Assembly: GCA_963845515.1 (NCBI GenBank)
Contig: CAWJSR010000051.1
Span: 1-44,709, forward strand
Reading direction: 5' to 3'
Source of the DNA: an uncultured delta proteobacterium
GTDB taxonomy: Bacteria; Myxococcota; Myxococcia; Myxococcales; Anaeromyxobacteraceae
Length of the DNA: 44,709 bases
Shown: positions 13,250-23,856 of the stretch, piece by piece
Numbering within the stretch: the first letter of the stretch is position 1
Layout: each line of letters starts with the position of its first letter
The notes under the pieces: generated by a model
What the model saw: only the letters and a program-made list of their open reading frames with translations
Database searches by the model: none
What the model was told of the DNA's origin: nothing
Program-made: the position numbers and the translations under genes

Positions 13250-14467
13250 TCAAGGGCTGACCCGATTGCAGGTCGGAGGTCGGCCAAAGGTGTCGCAGAA
13301 CCGCAGATATAGCCCTACCTCCACAGGCTTGAGCTCCTCCTTCGCAGCCTCGGCTCGGAATCGGAAGAGGACACGGGAGTTGCGCACAAGGCGACGAAGA
13401 CCTTCGTTTCGCACCCCAGCGCCCGCATGCGCGAGCAATCGCACGCGGAGGTCTTGAGCCTTTCCAACGTACATGACCCCGGCAGAGGACGCTTCGTATC
13501 CCTCGTGCCCAGGCGCAACCCGGAGTTCGTAGACGCCGGGTGTCCTCGGTGCACGCCGAAGCACGGTTCGCCGGTCGAGTGGGAAGAGCGCCGAGAACCC
13601 AGCCGTTGCCGATATGTAGGCGCCGCGTTGAGTTCGCGCGCGAGCACCGGGCACGCCGAGCCTCCTCCTGCAGTAACAGACGATCCGCCCGGACACGACA
13701 ACGCCATCGTCCCTTCGCACCCTGCGCGCAAGCGCGGCGTCGTCCCAGGCGACGCGTAACTTCCCGGCCGCGAGGAGTCGGCGTTCGATTTCCAGCACTC
13801 CGCGTACTCGTGCGGCGAGAACCGAACGGGTAGTTGGGCACAGCGCCCTGAGTGGGCAGGTCGACCCGTCCGGAAGCACAATCGTGGTCGCGCGTAGCGT
13901 CCGCGAGACACGACCCGGATCTGCGAGCTCCGCGCCGGCGGCTCGAGCACGTCGAACGAGCTCCCGCGCGGTAAGTGGAACCAGCGCCGAGGCGTCGCAG
14001 GAGATCAAGAAGGGACGCTGAACCTGCGCCAGCACCCGCCAGATTGCCTGCGTCAAGCGGCTTCGTGCCGTTGCCAGGTGAAGAGTTCGAACAGCCCCGA
14101 GCGCACGAACAGAGGATTCGCCGTCGGCACCGGCAAGCCAGGTCGATAGACGAACACTGTCGATCGCGTACTCGCTCGCGCAACGAGCGCGAAAGGTGAG
14201 GACGGGATCGCCGTCGACGACGCGGACGATGCCGCACGCACCACCGGCTATTGGCCCCGCCTCCACCTCCGGAGGCTGGTTCCGGTGAATCACCGGGCTT
14301 CGCCCGGAGAGCAGGCGCAGGCGCCACGCCAGCATCTCCGCGTTCTCCACTGCGGCGACGATGCCGTCCGCCGGACGCTCCAGGAACCGGGCGAGAACGA
14401 TCTGGCGAACGATCTCGTGGCTGACGGTGCGACGCCTAACGTGACGCAGAGACGGGGAACCAAACAT
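13250..14467 (-). CDS. Divergent sigma54 (RpoN) DNA-binding-domain protein fused to a C-terminal GIY-YIG nuclease
   Basis: aa ~135-278 follow the RpoN region III pattern (QRPF, LVPLTAREL, DPGRVSR, WDDAALA, GVVVSGRIVCYCRRRLGVP); aa ~306-401 PGVY..MYVGKAQDLRVRLLAH..E..CN. Confidence 0.7.
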   Translation of the reverse strand: MFGSPSLRHVRRRTVSHEIVRQIVLARFLERPADGIVAAVENAEMLAWRLRLLSGRSPVIHRNQPPEVEAGPIAGGACGIVRVVDGDPVLTFRARCASEYAIDSVRLSTWLAGADGESSVRALGAVRTLHLATARSRLTQAIWRVLAQVQRPFLISCDASALVPLTARELVRRARAAGAELADPGRVSRTLRATTIVLPDGSTCPLRALCPTTRSVLAARVRGVLEIERRLLAAGKLRVAWDDAALARRVRRDDGVVVSGRIVCYCRRRLGVPGARARTQRGAYISATAGFSALFPLDRRTVLRRAPRTPGVYELRVAPGHEGYEASSAGVMYVGKAQDLRVRLLAHAGAGVRNEGLRRLVRNSRVLFRFRAEAAKEELKPVEVGLYLRFCDTFGRPPTCNRVSP

Positions 14468-14488
14468 GAATGGGCGGAGTCGAAGGAG

Positions 14489-15061
14489 TCACGTGACCGC
14501 TCGGCCGGCGGAACTCTCATCCTGGAACGCGACGAAGTCACGTGCCCGCCCACGGACGAGAGCGGCGACACGGCCGAGCGACCCGGCAACCAAAGCCCTG
14601 TAGCGACGATCGAGCGGCGCAAGCGCCTCGATGACCGCAGCGTACCTCGGCTCCCGAGGATCCAGCGTCGGAATGTCCTTCATGACCTGGTCGTGCGCTC
14701 GGTGAACATGCTCGACGTCGCTGACGAGCGAGATCATCGCCTCGTCACCGATGTACTCGAACGCGCTGCGGAGGCAACCGAGGAAGTCTGGGAACTCAGA
14801 CACGTACGGCACCTCGCGGAAGAATAGGGTCCAGCCCTGTTCTCTCGCGTGGCCATAGAAGATCCAGAAAGCGAATAGAGCGCGGCGACCCGGAGAGAGC
14901 GCTTCGAAGACGGCAGACTTGATGCCTGGGCTTTTGGCCCTGACGGCGACGATGATGGGCTCGACGGCCGCCCGAGCCAGCGATGGGTCATCGAACGCGT
15001 CGAAAGCCCGCCGGGTCATGCTAGCCAGCGGCACTTCCGGTCGTAGGTTCTGGCCGGCCAT
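14489..15061 (-). CDS. Hypothetical protein, DMP19/DUF4375-like
   Basis: LSPGRRALFAFWIFYG..GW..FF..AFEYIG..LDRRY..VAALVR..F pattern; GGAG upstream of ATG 15061 (alternative starts 15073, 15097). Confidence 0.5.
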   Translation of the reverse strand: MAGQNLRPEVPLASMTRRAFDAFDDPSLARAAVEPIIVAVRAKSPGIKSAVFEALSPGRRALFAFWIFYGHAREQGWTLFFREVPYVSEFPDFLGCLRSAFEYIGDEAMISLVSDVEHVHRAHDQVMKDIPTLDPREPRYAAVIEALAPLDRRYRALVAGSLGRVAALVRGRARDFVAFQDESSAGRAVT

Positions 15062-15367
15062 CGCCTTCTCCATGTAGATGACGCCACGGTACCTCATGCC
15101 GGCAGCGCCGGCTCCTGGGGATCTCAGCCGACGGACGGCCACCTGGGTCGGTATCGTACCCGCGCACTCAGCCGTAGACTTCCGCCGCTTCAGGCGGCGA
15201 GCCGGCCGATCGTCTCGAGGAAGGCGGGGATCGCGCTGGTGACTGCGCCCGCGCGAGAAGCCGCGTCGGTGCGCGTGGCGCTCGGTTCCCGGTCCCGTAC
15301 AGCCGCGTTCGGAGCCGTAAACGGCTGAAAAGACGCTGATTCCATTCCCGTACGGGTCACCATCTCG

Positions 15368-15405
15368 GCCCCCGTCATCGCAAGGTGACGGGGGCTTCTG
15401 CTTTT
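15368..15405 (+). terminator. Intrinsic terminator after the displaced tRNA 3' fragment
   Basis: GCCCCCGTCA/TGACGGGGGC stem followed by TTCTGCTTTT. Confidence 0.7.
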
Positions 15406-15455
15406 CCGGCACCACGAGGATCACTGGGCAGGATGGTCCGGCGGCCGCCCGGCCC

Positions 15456-16935
15456 CTACCGCAGCCGGACGAGGAAGCCGGTCGTCCGCGCCGCCGACGT
15501 GTCCGGGTCGAACGCCGCGGGGGACATGACGGAGGCGACCTGACCGTCGTCTGCGAAGGTGATCCACGCCACCACCTTCGTGGCTGCGTCCTCGATCGCC
15601 GAGAGCGCGGCGACGTCGAGCGCCTGCCCTCCGGCTGCGAGGCACTCCGAGATGGACAGGTCCCCCAGGCGGGAGGCCGGCGTCCCGTCGGTGGCGCCGA
15701 TGCACCTCGGGTTCACCGCGAAGGTCCCCGCCTGCTCGAGGAGGGTGACATTCCCGAGGTCGTCGTGGCGGTCCATGGTGACCGAGAAGGTTCCGTCTTC
15801 CTCGAGGGTCAGCATCGCGAAGGTGCCGGTCTTGCGCTCGACGCTGTCGCCGCTCCCATCGACGCGCTGCGAGTCGCGCATCGCCATCGCCCAGGTGCCG
15901 GCGACGTCGGCCGCCGAGAGGCTCCCCGGGCTACCCTGGCGAAGGAGGACCCCGAAGTTCTGCCGGTACTTCACCTCGCTGGGGTCGGACGAACGGTCGA
16001 GCGCGCTGGTGTCGCCAGCCCAGATGGCGACGTGGCCGCCGACGCTGCCCACCAACGCGACCGGCGCGTCGCCGCCAACGGAGAGGATCCCGGTCCCGTC
16101 CGCGCCGAGGGCGACGCTCTCCGGCAGCAGCCCTTCCCCGACGACGTTGGCCGTGCTCGTCGCGCTGGAGTAGCCGTCCCCGAGCAGCGCGGCGGGGTTC
16201 CACATCTCGTGATGGTTGTCGAATACCATCAAGTCTGGGGTCTCCGTAGCCGGCGCGAAGTTCACCCACCCGAACCCCAGCGCCTCGTGGAACCAGCGCG
16301 CTTGCGTGGTCGTCCCCGAGGTCGGGTAGGTGACCGTCAGCTCCTCGTTGGCGATCGCGTAGAGCCCGGTGAGGGTCGGGGCGCTCGACGGCACCCGCAC
16401 GCCGACGAGCAGCTCGAGGTTGGTCTCGTTCTCGACGTTCAGCGCCACTACGGTGGAGAGATCGGCGCTGAACGCGCCCTGGATCACGCGCTTCGAGTCC
16501 ACGATCGTGAAGGTGCCGTCGTCGGCGAGGGCGTAGTCGTACAGGATCGTCCCGGCCGGCGGCGTGAACCCGGGGAAGACCCCGCAGTCGCTGCACCACG
16601 TCTCGTCGGCCATCCTCCGGTTCTCGTCCCACAGCCGGGTCAGCTCCAGGGTCCCCGCCCCCGCGGTCGGCGCCGAGAACTGGAACTTCCCGTTCCACCC
16701 GAGGAAGTCGCCGCCCTCCCCCCGGAAGGCCGCACGGTCGGCCGCGGTGGCGAAGGCTCCCATAGGGTCCGGGCTGCCGGGCTCGGTGAAGCGGGCAGCG
16801 GCGTAGCGGACCACCCAGAAGTCGCCCCCCTGGAACGTGATTGGCGGCGGGTTGGGATCGTCCTTCTTCGAAGCTCGGGCAGCCGAGCGAGGCCGACATG
16901 GCGAGCGAGAACGCGACGAGGCTAGCGATGCGCAT
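15456..16935 (-). CDS. Putative lipoprotein, beta-rich, unknown function (frameshift near 16870)
   Basis: MRIASLVAFSLAMSASLGC lipobox joined to a ~470 aa acidic beta-strand-rich ORF; GGAAGAGGGG upstream. Confidence 0.7.
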
Positions 16936-17050
16936 GGGATCCCCCTCTTCCATTCTGGTCGCTTCAGCCAGAAGAGCGTCGCTCGTCGACGTTGTGACAC
17001 CCCCCGGTCGGGTTCCGCCGACACCTTCCCAAGAGTTGCGGGGGTGACCT

Positions 17051-17974
17051 TCAGGTCCGCGCCGTCGCGGTGAGGCGGCCCCCGTCGCGGCGGCAGACGC
17101 CCCTGCGCACGAGGTCGTCGAGCGTCGCGCGGAAGACCTCGGCGGGCTCACCGCCGACGAGCCCTTCGACCGTCTCGCGGTACCACTCCGCCTCGACGAC
17201 GTGGCGCTCGAACTCCTGCTCCGGGACGCCGGGGCGGATGAGGAGCTTGAAGACGAACATCTTGCGGAGCAGGGCCGTGCCCTGCGCCGCGGGTGCGTCC
17301 ATCAGGCGCCGGATCCGCCGCCGGCTCTCGGCGAGGGCGCCCGCGAAGTCCTGGAAGGGCCGACCGTGCCCGGGCAGGACCCACCGCACGTGGAGCCCCG
17401 CGAGCCGCTCCAGCGTCGAGAGGTGCGTCCGGAGCGCCTCCGTCCCCTCGACGAACGGGTTCACGAGCCCCACGTCCGCCTCCCAGAGCGCGTCGCCGGA
17501 GACGAGGATCCCCTCCCGCGGCTCGTGGAGCACGAGGCTGTCGGCGGAGTGGCCGGGGGCGTGGAGGACGGTGAACTCGCGGTCGCCTAGCTGGACGCGC
17601 TCGCCGTCAGCGAGGCTGCGCGTCGGCCGGTAGTCGTCGGCGTCGAGCGCGAAGTATCCGGTCCAGGTCGCGCGCTCGTCCCCCACCTCGACGTGGCGCC
17701 TCCCCAGCGGATGGAGCGCGACGTCGCAGCCAGAGCGCTGCTGCAGCCGCCCATTCCCGCCCACGTGGTCGCAGTGCGCGTGGGTGTTGACGACGATCCG
17801 GACGCGCTCCGGCGCCAGCCCGACCTCGGCGAGGATGCGCTCGGTCGTCGGCCACCCCGTGACGTACCCGGTGTCCACCACCGCCGGCACGCCGCCGGTG
17901 GCCAACACCTGGTTCCCGTTCAGGTAGCCGCGCTCGGCGAACACGAGGCCCTCCAGGATCCTGTGAAGACGCAT
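17051..17974 (-). CDS. Metallo-beta-lactamase fold hydrolase
   Basis: VDTG, THAHCDHVGG, APGHS, SGDAL, PGHG. Confidence 0.9.
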   Translation of the reverse strand: MRLHRILEGLVFAERGYLNGNQVLATGGVPAVVDTGYVTGWPTTERILAEVGLAPERVRIVVNTHAHCDHVGGNGRLQQRSGCDVALHPLGRRHVEVGDERATWTGYFALDADDYRPTRSLADGERVQLGDREFTVLHAPGHSADSLVLHEPREGILVSGDALWEADVGLVNPFVEGTEALRTHLSTLERLAGLHVRWVLPGHGRPFQDFAGALAESRRRIRRLMDAPAAQGTALLRKMFVFKLLIRPGVPEQEFERHVVEAEWYRETVEGLVGGEPAEVFRATLDDLVRRGVCRRDGGRLTATART

Positions 17975-18077
17975 GGCGCGCGAATATGCCCCCGCGCCGC
18001 GCGGCGCGGAAGTGCGACTCGTTCCTACTCCGCCGCCGAGGCGCGCCGCCGACCCCGCGGCGAAGAGGCTCGTCGGG

Positions 18078-21000
18078 TCACGACGTGTTCGACGCCTTCT
18101 GAAGCACACCGTTCGATGCGCCCCTGCCAGCCAGCATCGAGTAGAGCGTCGGGACGACGAGCAGCGTCAGCGCCGTCGACGTCACGAGCCCCCCCATCAC
18201 CACCACCGCCAGCGGCTTCTGGATGTCGGCGCCGGAGCCCTGCGCGTAGAGCATCGGCAGGTGACCGATGAAGCTCGTGAGCGCCGTCATGAGGAGCGGC
18301 CGGAAGCGCAGGTCGCAGCCCTCGCGCACCGCCTCGGCGACGGTTCGCCCCTGGTCGCGGAGCTGGCGCAGGAAGGCGATCAGCACGACGCCGTTCTGGA
18401 CGGCGATCCCGAGGAGCACGATGAAGGCCACGGCGGCCGACACCGAGACCGGCATCCGGAACAGGACCACCGCGACCACCCCGCCGACCAGGGCGAACGG
18501 GAAGGTTCAGCAGCACGAGCAGCGAGTCGGCGAAGGAGCCGAGCGCCATGTAGAGCAGCAGGAGGATCAGCACCAGCGCGACCGGGACGACGATCGCGAG
18601 CGTCCGCATCGCCCGCTGCTGGTTCTCGAACTGGCCGCCGAGCTCCAGGAAGGTGCCGGTCGGCAGTCTCCTCCTCGAACGGCTTCAGCCGCTCCTGCAC
18701 CTCGCGCGACGAAGCCGCCCAGGTCCCGGCCGCGGATGTTCGCCTCGACCACGACCCGACGGATCCCGTTCTCCCGCGAGACCTGCGCCGGCGCCTCGAC
18801 GAGCTCGATCCTCGCGAGCTGCGCGAGCGGCACCCGCTCGCCTCCCGGGGCGGGGACCAGCAGCCGGCGAACGCCCTCCAGGTCGCTCCGGCTCTCCGCC
18901 GGGAAGCGGATGACCACCGCGAAGCGGCGCTGGTCCTCGATGAGCGTCGTCGCCTGCTTGCCGGCGATGGCCGACTCGATGGTGTCGTTGATGTCCCCCA
19001 CCGAGATGCCGTGGCGCGCGGCCGCCTCCCGGTCGATGACGACGTCGTACTGGTCGAGGCCGGACACCTGCTCCACCTTCACGTCGCGTCGCGCCGCGCA
19101 CGCCGCCGACCGCCGACGGCGATCCGGTCGGCGAAGCCCTTCAGCAGCGCGAGGTCGTCGCCGAAGACCTTCACCGCCAGGTCGCTCTTCACGCCCGGAG
19201 ATCAGCTCGTTCACCCGCAGGGCGATCGGCTGCGAGAAGGAGAAGCGCAGGCCGGGGATCTGCCGAGAGGTCGCGCTGCATGAGCCTCGACCAGCTCGGC
19301 GCTGGGAGCGGCCGCCGTCCGAAGGCCCGCCGCGGCTTCAGCATGACGAAGACGTCGGTCTGCTCCGGCCCCATCGGATCCTCGGAGATCTCGGCACGGC
19401 CGGTCTTCGAGACCACCGTCTCCACCTCCGGGTAGGCCTTGAGCCGCTTCTCGAGGTAGCGGGAGACCTCGACCGAGCCCTGCGAGCGACGCGTTCGGCA
19501 GGCGCACCACGTTGATGGCGATCGCCCCCTCGTCGAGCGGCGGCATGAACTCGGTGCCGACGAAGGGCACGAGCGCGCCGGAGGCGACGAGCACCGCGGC
19601 GGAGATGCCCAGCGTCCGCCTCGGCCGCGCCAGCGCCCGGTCCAGGAGCGACAGGTAGCCGGCGTGGATCCGGCGCACGAACCGGAGCTCCTTCTCCGGC
19701 GCCTGGGTGAGCGCCAGCTCCGAGAGGACCGGGATGAACAGCAGGGCGACCGCCAGGGAGACGAGCAGCGCGATGAGCATCGTCGAGGCGAGCGGGGCGA
19801 ACATCTTCCCCTCGACCCCCTGGAGCGCGTAGAGCGGCACGAGGATGACCGCGATCACCAGGACCGAGAAGGCGACCGGGCGTGCCACCTCCTGGACGGC
19901 CTCGGCCACGATCCGGCGCCTCGGCGTCCCATCGACCCGGCGCGCCAGGTGACGCCGCACGTTCTCGACGACGACGATGGACGCATCCACCACCATGCCG
20001 ACCGAGAAGGCGAGCCCGCCCAGCGACATGAGGTTGGAGGTGAGCCCGACGCGCCCCATGACGATGAAGGTGACGAGGAAGGTGAGCGGCAGCGAGACCA
20101 GGACCACCAGCGCGGTGCGCAGCTCCGCGACGAAGAGGAAGAGGACGATGACGACGAAGAGGCCGCCCTCCAGCAGGGCGTCGCGCACCGTCCGGATGCA
20201 GGCCTCGATGAGTGAGGTGCGGTCGTAGAAGACGTTGATCCGCGGCGCCGGGCGGCAGGGTCGCCTGGGCCTTCTCGATGGCCACCTTGACCCTGGCCAC
20301 GACCTCCTGGGCGTTCTCGCCCTTGAGCATGATGACCATCCCGGCCACCACCTCGCCCTTGGCGTCGCGGGTCACCGCCCCCTGGCGCGGCTCCGCGCCG
20401 ATGACCACGTCGGCCACGTCGCGCAGGTAGATCGGCGTCCCGTCCTCCGCCTTCAGGACCACCCGCTCGATGTCGGGGATGTCGCGCAGGAGCCCCACGC
20501 CTCGCAGGTAGGTCTGCTCCCAGCCCTGCACCAGCACCCCGCCGCCTGCGTTCCCGTTCGACCGCTCGAGCGCCTGCGGCCACGTCGCCGACGGTCAGCC
20601 CGTACTTCACCAGCCGCTCCGGCCGGACCTGCACCTGGTACTGCTTCACGAAGCCGCCGAAGCTGTTCACCTCGTTGACGCCGGGGACCGGCTTCAGGAG
20701 CGGCGCGACGAGCCAGTCCTGCAGCGTCCGGAGCTCCGTCGGGGAGAGGCCGTCCCCCTCGAGCGTGTACTGGAAGATCTCCCCGAGGCCGGTCGAGATG
20801 GGACCCAGCTCGGGTTCGACGCCGGGCGGTAGCCCCTCCCGGACCGCGGCCAGCCGCTCGAAGACGATCTGGCGCGTCCAGTAGGTGTCGACGCCGTCCT
20901 CGAAGACCACCACCACCTGCGACAGCTCTGCCTTGGAGATGGAGCGAACCTGCTTCACCCGCGGGAGGCCTCGCAGGTGCTGCTCGATGGGGAAGCTGAC

Positions 21001-21186
21001 GCGCGACTCCACGTCGATGGCGGCGAGGCCGGGGGCCTTCGCGAGGACCATCACCTGCGTGTTGGTGACGTCCGGGAAGGCGTCGATGGGGAGCCGCGTC
21101 CAGGCCACGCCGCCCGCGAGGGCGAGGGCGGCCGTGACCATGATGACGAGGAAGCGATTGCCGAGGACCCACTCGATTGCGCGCAT
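18078..21186 (-). CDS. czcA: CusA/CzcA family heavy-metal RND permease (multiple frameshifts)
   Basis: LPIDAFPDVTNTQV, LGPISTGLGEIFQY, NLMSLGG..VDASIVVVEN, EFMPPLDEG, RFRPLLMTALT, QKPLAVVVMGGL across frames. Confidence 0.88.
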
Positions 21187-21194
21187 CGTTCTCC

Positions 21195-22523
21195 CTAATC
21201 CGCGCAGCCGGCGCCCATCTTGGAGCGCAGCACGTCCGACTTGAGGAGGAACGCGCCGTCCGTGACGATCGTCTCCCCGCCCGCGAGCCCCTTCGTGATC
21301 TCGATCCAGTCGAGCCCGGTCCGTCCCGTCTCGACCGGTCGCCGCATGAAGAACTCGCCCTGCTGGCGGACGAAGACGAAGGAGCGTCCTTCGTCCGCGA
21401 GGACGGCAACCCGGGGGAGCGCGAGCCCCTCCTCGTCGCCCGGCAGGAAGAGCTGCACGGCCGCGAACATGCCGGCCCTCAGCTTCCCGTGCGGGTTCTT
21501 CACCGCGATCCGCACCTTCACGGTCCGGGTCCTCTCGTCCATCGTCGGGGCCACGAAGTCGACCGACCCCGGGAAGACCTCCCCTGGGAAGGCCTTCACG
21601 CTCACGCCGGCCCGGAGCTTCGCCTTCTCGTGCGCCAGGACGCGCCCGAGCTGGTCCTCATAGAGGTCGGCCCAGATCCAGAGGTCCGAGAGATCCCCCA
21701 CGGTCAGGATCGCCTCGTCCGGCCGAACCAGCTCACCCGGCACGGCGTGCATCTCCAGCACGATCCCGGCCGCGGGCGCGCGGAGCACGAGCGAACCCCG
21801 CCCCGCCGAGCCGCCGCGCGAGGCCAGCCCCTCGACCTCCGACCGGGAGAGCCCGAGCCGCTCCAGCTTCTCGGCCGCTGCCCTCGCCCGGATCTCCGAG
21901 GCGTCCCGCTCCTGGCGTGCCTGGAGCCACTCCTTCTCTGAGGTGATCTTCTCCTCCCGCAGGCTCTCCGCCCGCTCGGCCGCCTTGCGCGCCAGCTCCA
22001 GCGCGCCGCGCGATTCCAGGTACTGGCTCTGGGCCTCCCCGAGCGAGACGCTCTCCAGCACGACGAGCGCCTCTCCGGCCCTGACCTGCTGCCCTAGGCT
22101 CACCCTGACCGAGCGGACCATCGCCTCGCTGCTCGGCGCGATATGGGTCACGCGCCGCTCGTCGAACCGGACCTCGCCGGTGAGCGGGAGCGGCGCCTCC
22201 AACCTCCGCCGCGCCGCGACGGCGGTCTTCACGAGCCCTTCATCCATCATGGCCTTCGGCACTCGCGCCACACCGACCCCGTAGCGGCACTCGTCGCACT
22301 CGAAGGTCTTCTTGCCGTGCTCGCAGCTCATCGCGAGGAGCGCTTCTGCGGACTGGTCGAGGTCCGATGGCTCGTCGCCGTGGCCGTGCTCGTCCCCCTC
22401 GCCGTGGCCATCCCCGGCATGCGTCGCTGCTGTGGCCGGACCGGCTGGGGGTGGGGCCGGCTCCTTCTTGCACCCGATGAAGAGGACGAGGACGACGGCG
22501 AGGAGGAGAGGCTTGCGGCTCAT
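21195..22523 (-). CDS. czcB: RND efflux periplasmic adaptor (CzcB-like), His/Cys-rich N-terminus
   Basis: Lipobox IGC, HAGDGHGEGDEHGHG, CEH..CDEC, LRAPAAG, RTVKVR, GAFLLKS. Confidence 0.88.
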   Translation of the reverse strand: MSRKPLLLAVVLVLFIGCKKEPAPPPAGPATAATHAGDGHGEGDEHGHGDEPSDLDQSAEALLAMSCEHGKKTFECDECRYGVGVARVPKAMMDEGLVKTAVAARRRLEAPLPLTGEVRFDERRVTHIAPSSEAMVRSVRVSLGQQVRAGEALVVLESVSLGEAQSQYLESRGALELARKAAERAESLREEKITSEKEWLQARQERDASEIRARAAAEKLERLGLSRSEVEGLASRGGSAGRGSLVLRAPAAGIVLEMHAVPGELVRPDEAILTVGDLSDLWIWADLYEDQLGRVLAHEKAKLRAGVSVKAFPGEVFPGSVDFVAPTMDERTRTVKVRIAVKNPHGKLRAGMFAAVQLFLPGDEEGLALPRVAVLADEGRSFVFVRQQGEFFMRRPVETGRTGLDWIEITKGLAGGETIVTDGAFLLKSDVLRSKMGAGCAD

Positions 22524-23735
22524 GGCAGCTCCAGTTCAGCCAGCGCAGCGAGGTCGGCGCAGGCGTTCTGCATGTCGAGGAGGAGATCGAGGTATTCGCT
22601 GCGCGTCTCGAGCAGGACCCGGCGTGAGTCGATGACGTCGAGCAGACCGGACTCGCCCAGCTCGAAGGCGCGGCCGAGGGTCCGGGCCGACCCCTCCGCG
22701 CGCGGGAGGATCTCGTCGCGGAAGCGACTCGCGGTCGCCTGCCCGGCCGAGCAGCCCTGCCACGCCTCGCTCAGGCTCGCGGACAGCGCTCTGGTCGCCG
22801 CGTCGAGGCGCGCCCGCTCGCCCGCCAGCGCGGCGTCGGCCTGTCGGATCCTTCCCAGGTTCCAGTTCCAGAGCGGGACCGTGACCGCCGCCGTGACGGT
22901 GGTCGCCTGCCGGTCGAGCTCGTCCGAGCGGGCGCCCGCCAGCGCGACACGCGGGAGGCGATCCCACCGCTCCGCGCTCGACGCCTGCTCGGCGGCGGCG
23001 ACCCGAGCCCGGCTCGCCTGGACCAGCGGGCTCGAGGCAGCCGCTCGGCGCTGCAGCTCCTCGAGCGCCGGGAGCGTGAGCGTTCGCGAGAGGTCCGCCT
23101 CCACTCCCGCGACCGGGCGACCCAGCCATACCGCGAGCCGTTGCCGCTGTGCTTCGTCGGATGCACGCGCCCTGCCCACGGCGGCCCGGAGCTTCTCGAG
23201 CTCGATCATCGACGCGTGGCACTTCCGTCGGCCGGCTCTCGCCACGCTCGGCCCGCAGCCGGACCAGCGCAGCCAGCTGGGCGCCCTGCGACTCGAGCTC
23301 GGCCCTGGCCTCCAGCACGGCCTGACCGTGGGCGGCGGCGATGAAGCTCCGTCGCAGCTCGCGCAGGACCTCCTGGCGAACCGCGCGGGCCTCGTGACCG
23401 GCCCCCTCCGCGGTCGCGCTGGCCGCGGCGACCCGCTGCCGACGGCTGTTGAGGAACTCGAGCGGGAGCTCGACCCCGTACTCCCACTCGCGCCCTGCCG
23501 GCACTCCACCGGGAGCGCGCACGTCGCCCCCCTTGACGCTCACGATCGGATTGGGGAGCTCGCGCGCCGAGGTCACGGCGCCGGCTGCACCCCCGACACG
23601 GGCTCTCGCCTCCTGCAGGAGAGGATGCTGGTCGGCCGCAGCGGCGACCTGCGGCCACCGGACTACCGACTCGGGTTCGGCGGCCGGAACGTGGATCGGG
23701 ATGGAAAGCGATGCGACGAGCAAGATGCGCTTCAC
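22520..23735 (-). CDS. czcC: TolC-family outer membrane efflux protein (CzcC-like; frameshift near 23210)
   Basis: ARELPNP, VPLWNWNLGRI, FELGESGLLDVIDSRR; GTG start with signal peptide. Confidence 0.8.
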
Positions 23736-23856
23736 GACGACCTCGGAGCGTGGTGCACGTCCCGTCGCGCCGCAGCGGCCTCGGGCCGCGCGGAGTACGG
23801 GGGAGCGCACCGTGAATGGAGGCCGCGCCAGATGGGCGCGGCGTCGACGACTCACG

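Noticed and set aside
13250..14467. Calling this the housekeeping rpoN or a uvrC fragment
   Set aside because: RpoN box is degenerate and the core-binding domain seems missing; no UvrC UVR, RNase H-like or HhH domains
15344..15362. Second tRNA-Glu gene
   Set aside because: Only the 3' part of the T arm and the acceptor strand are present; it is an att fragment
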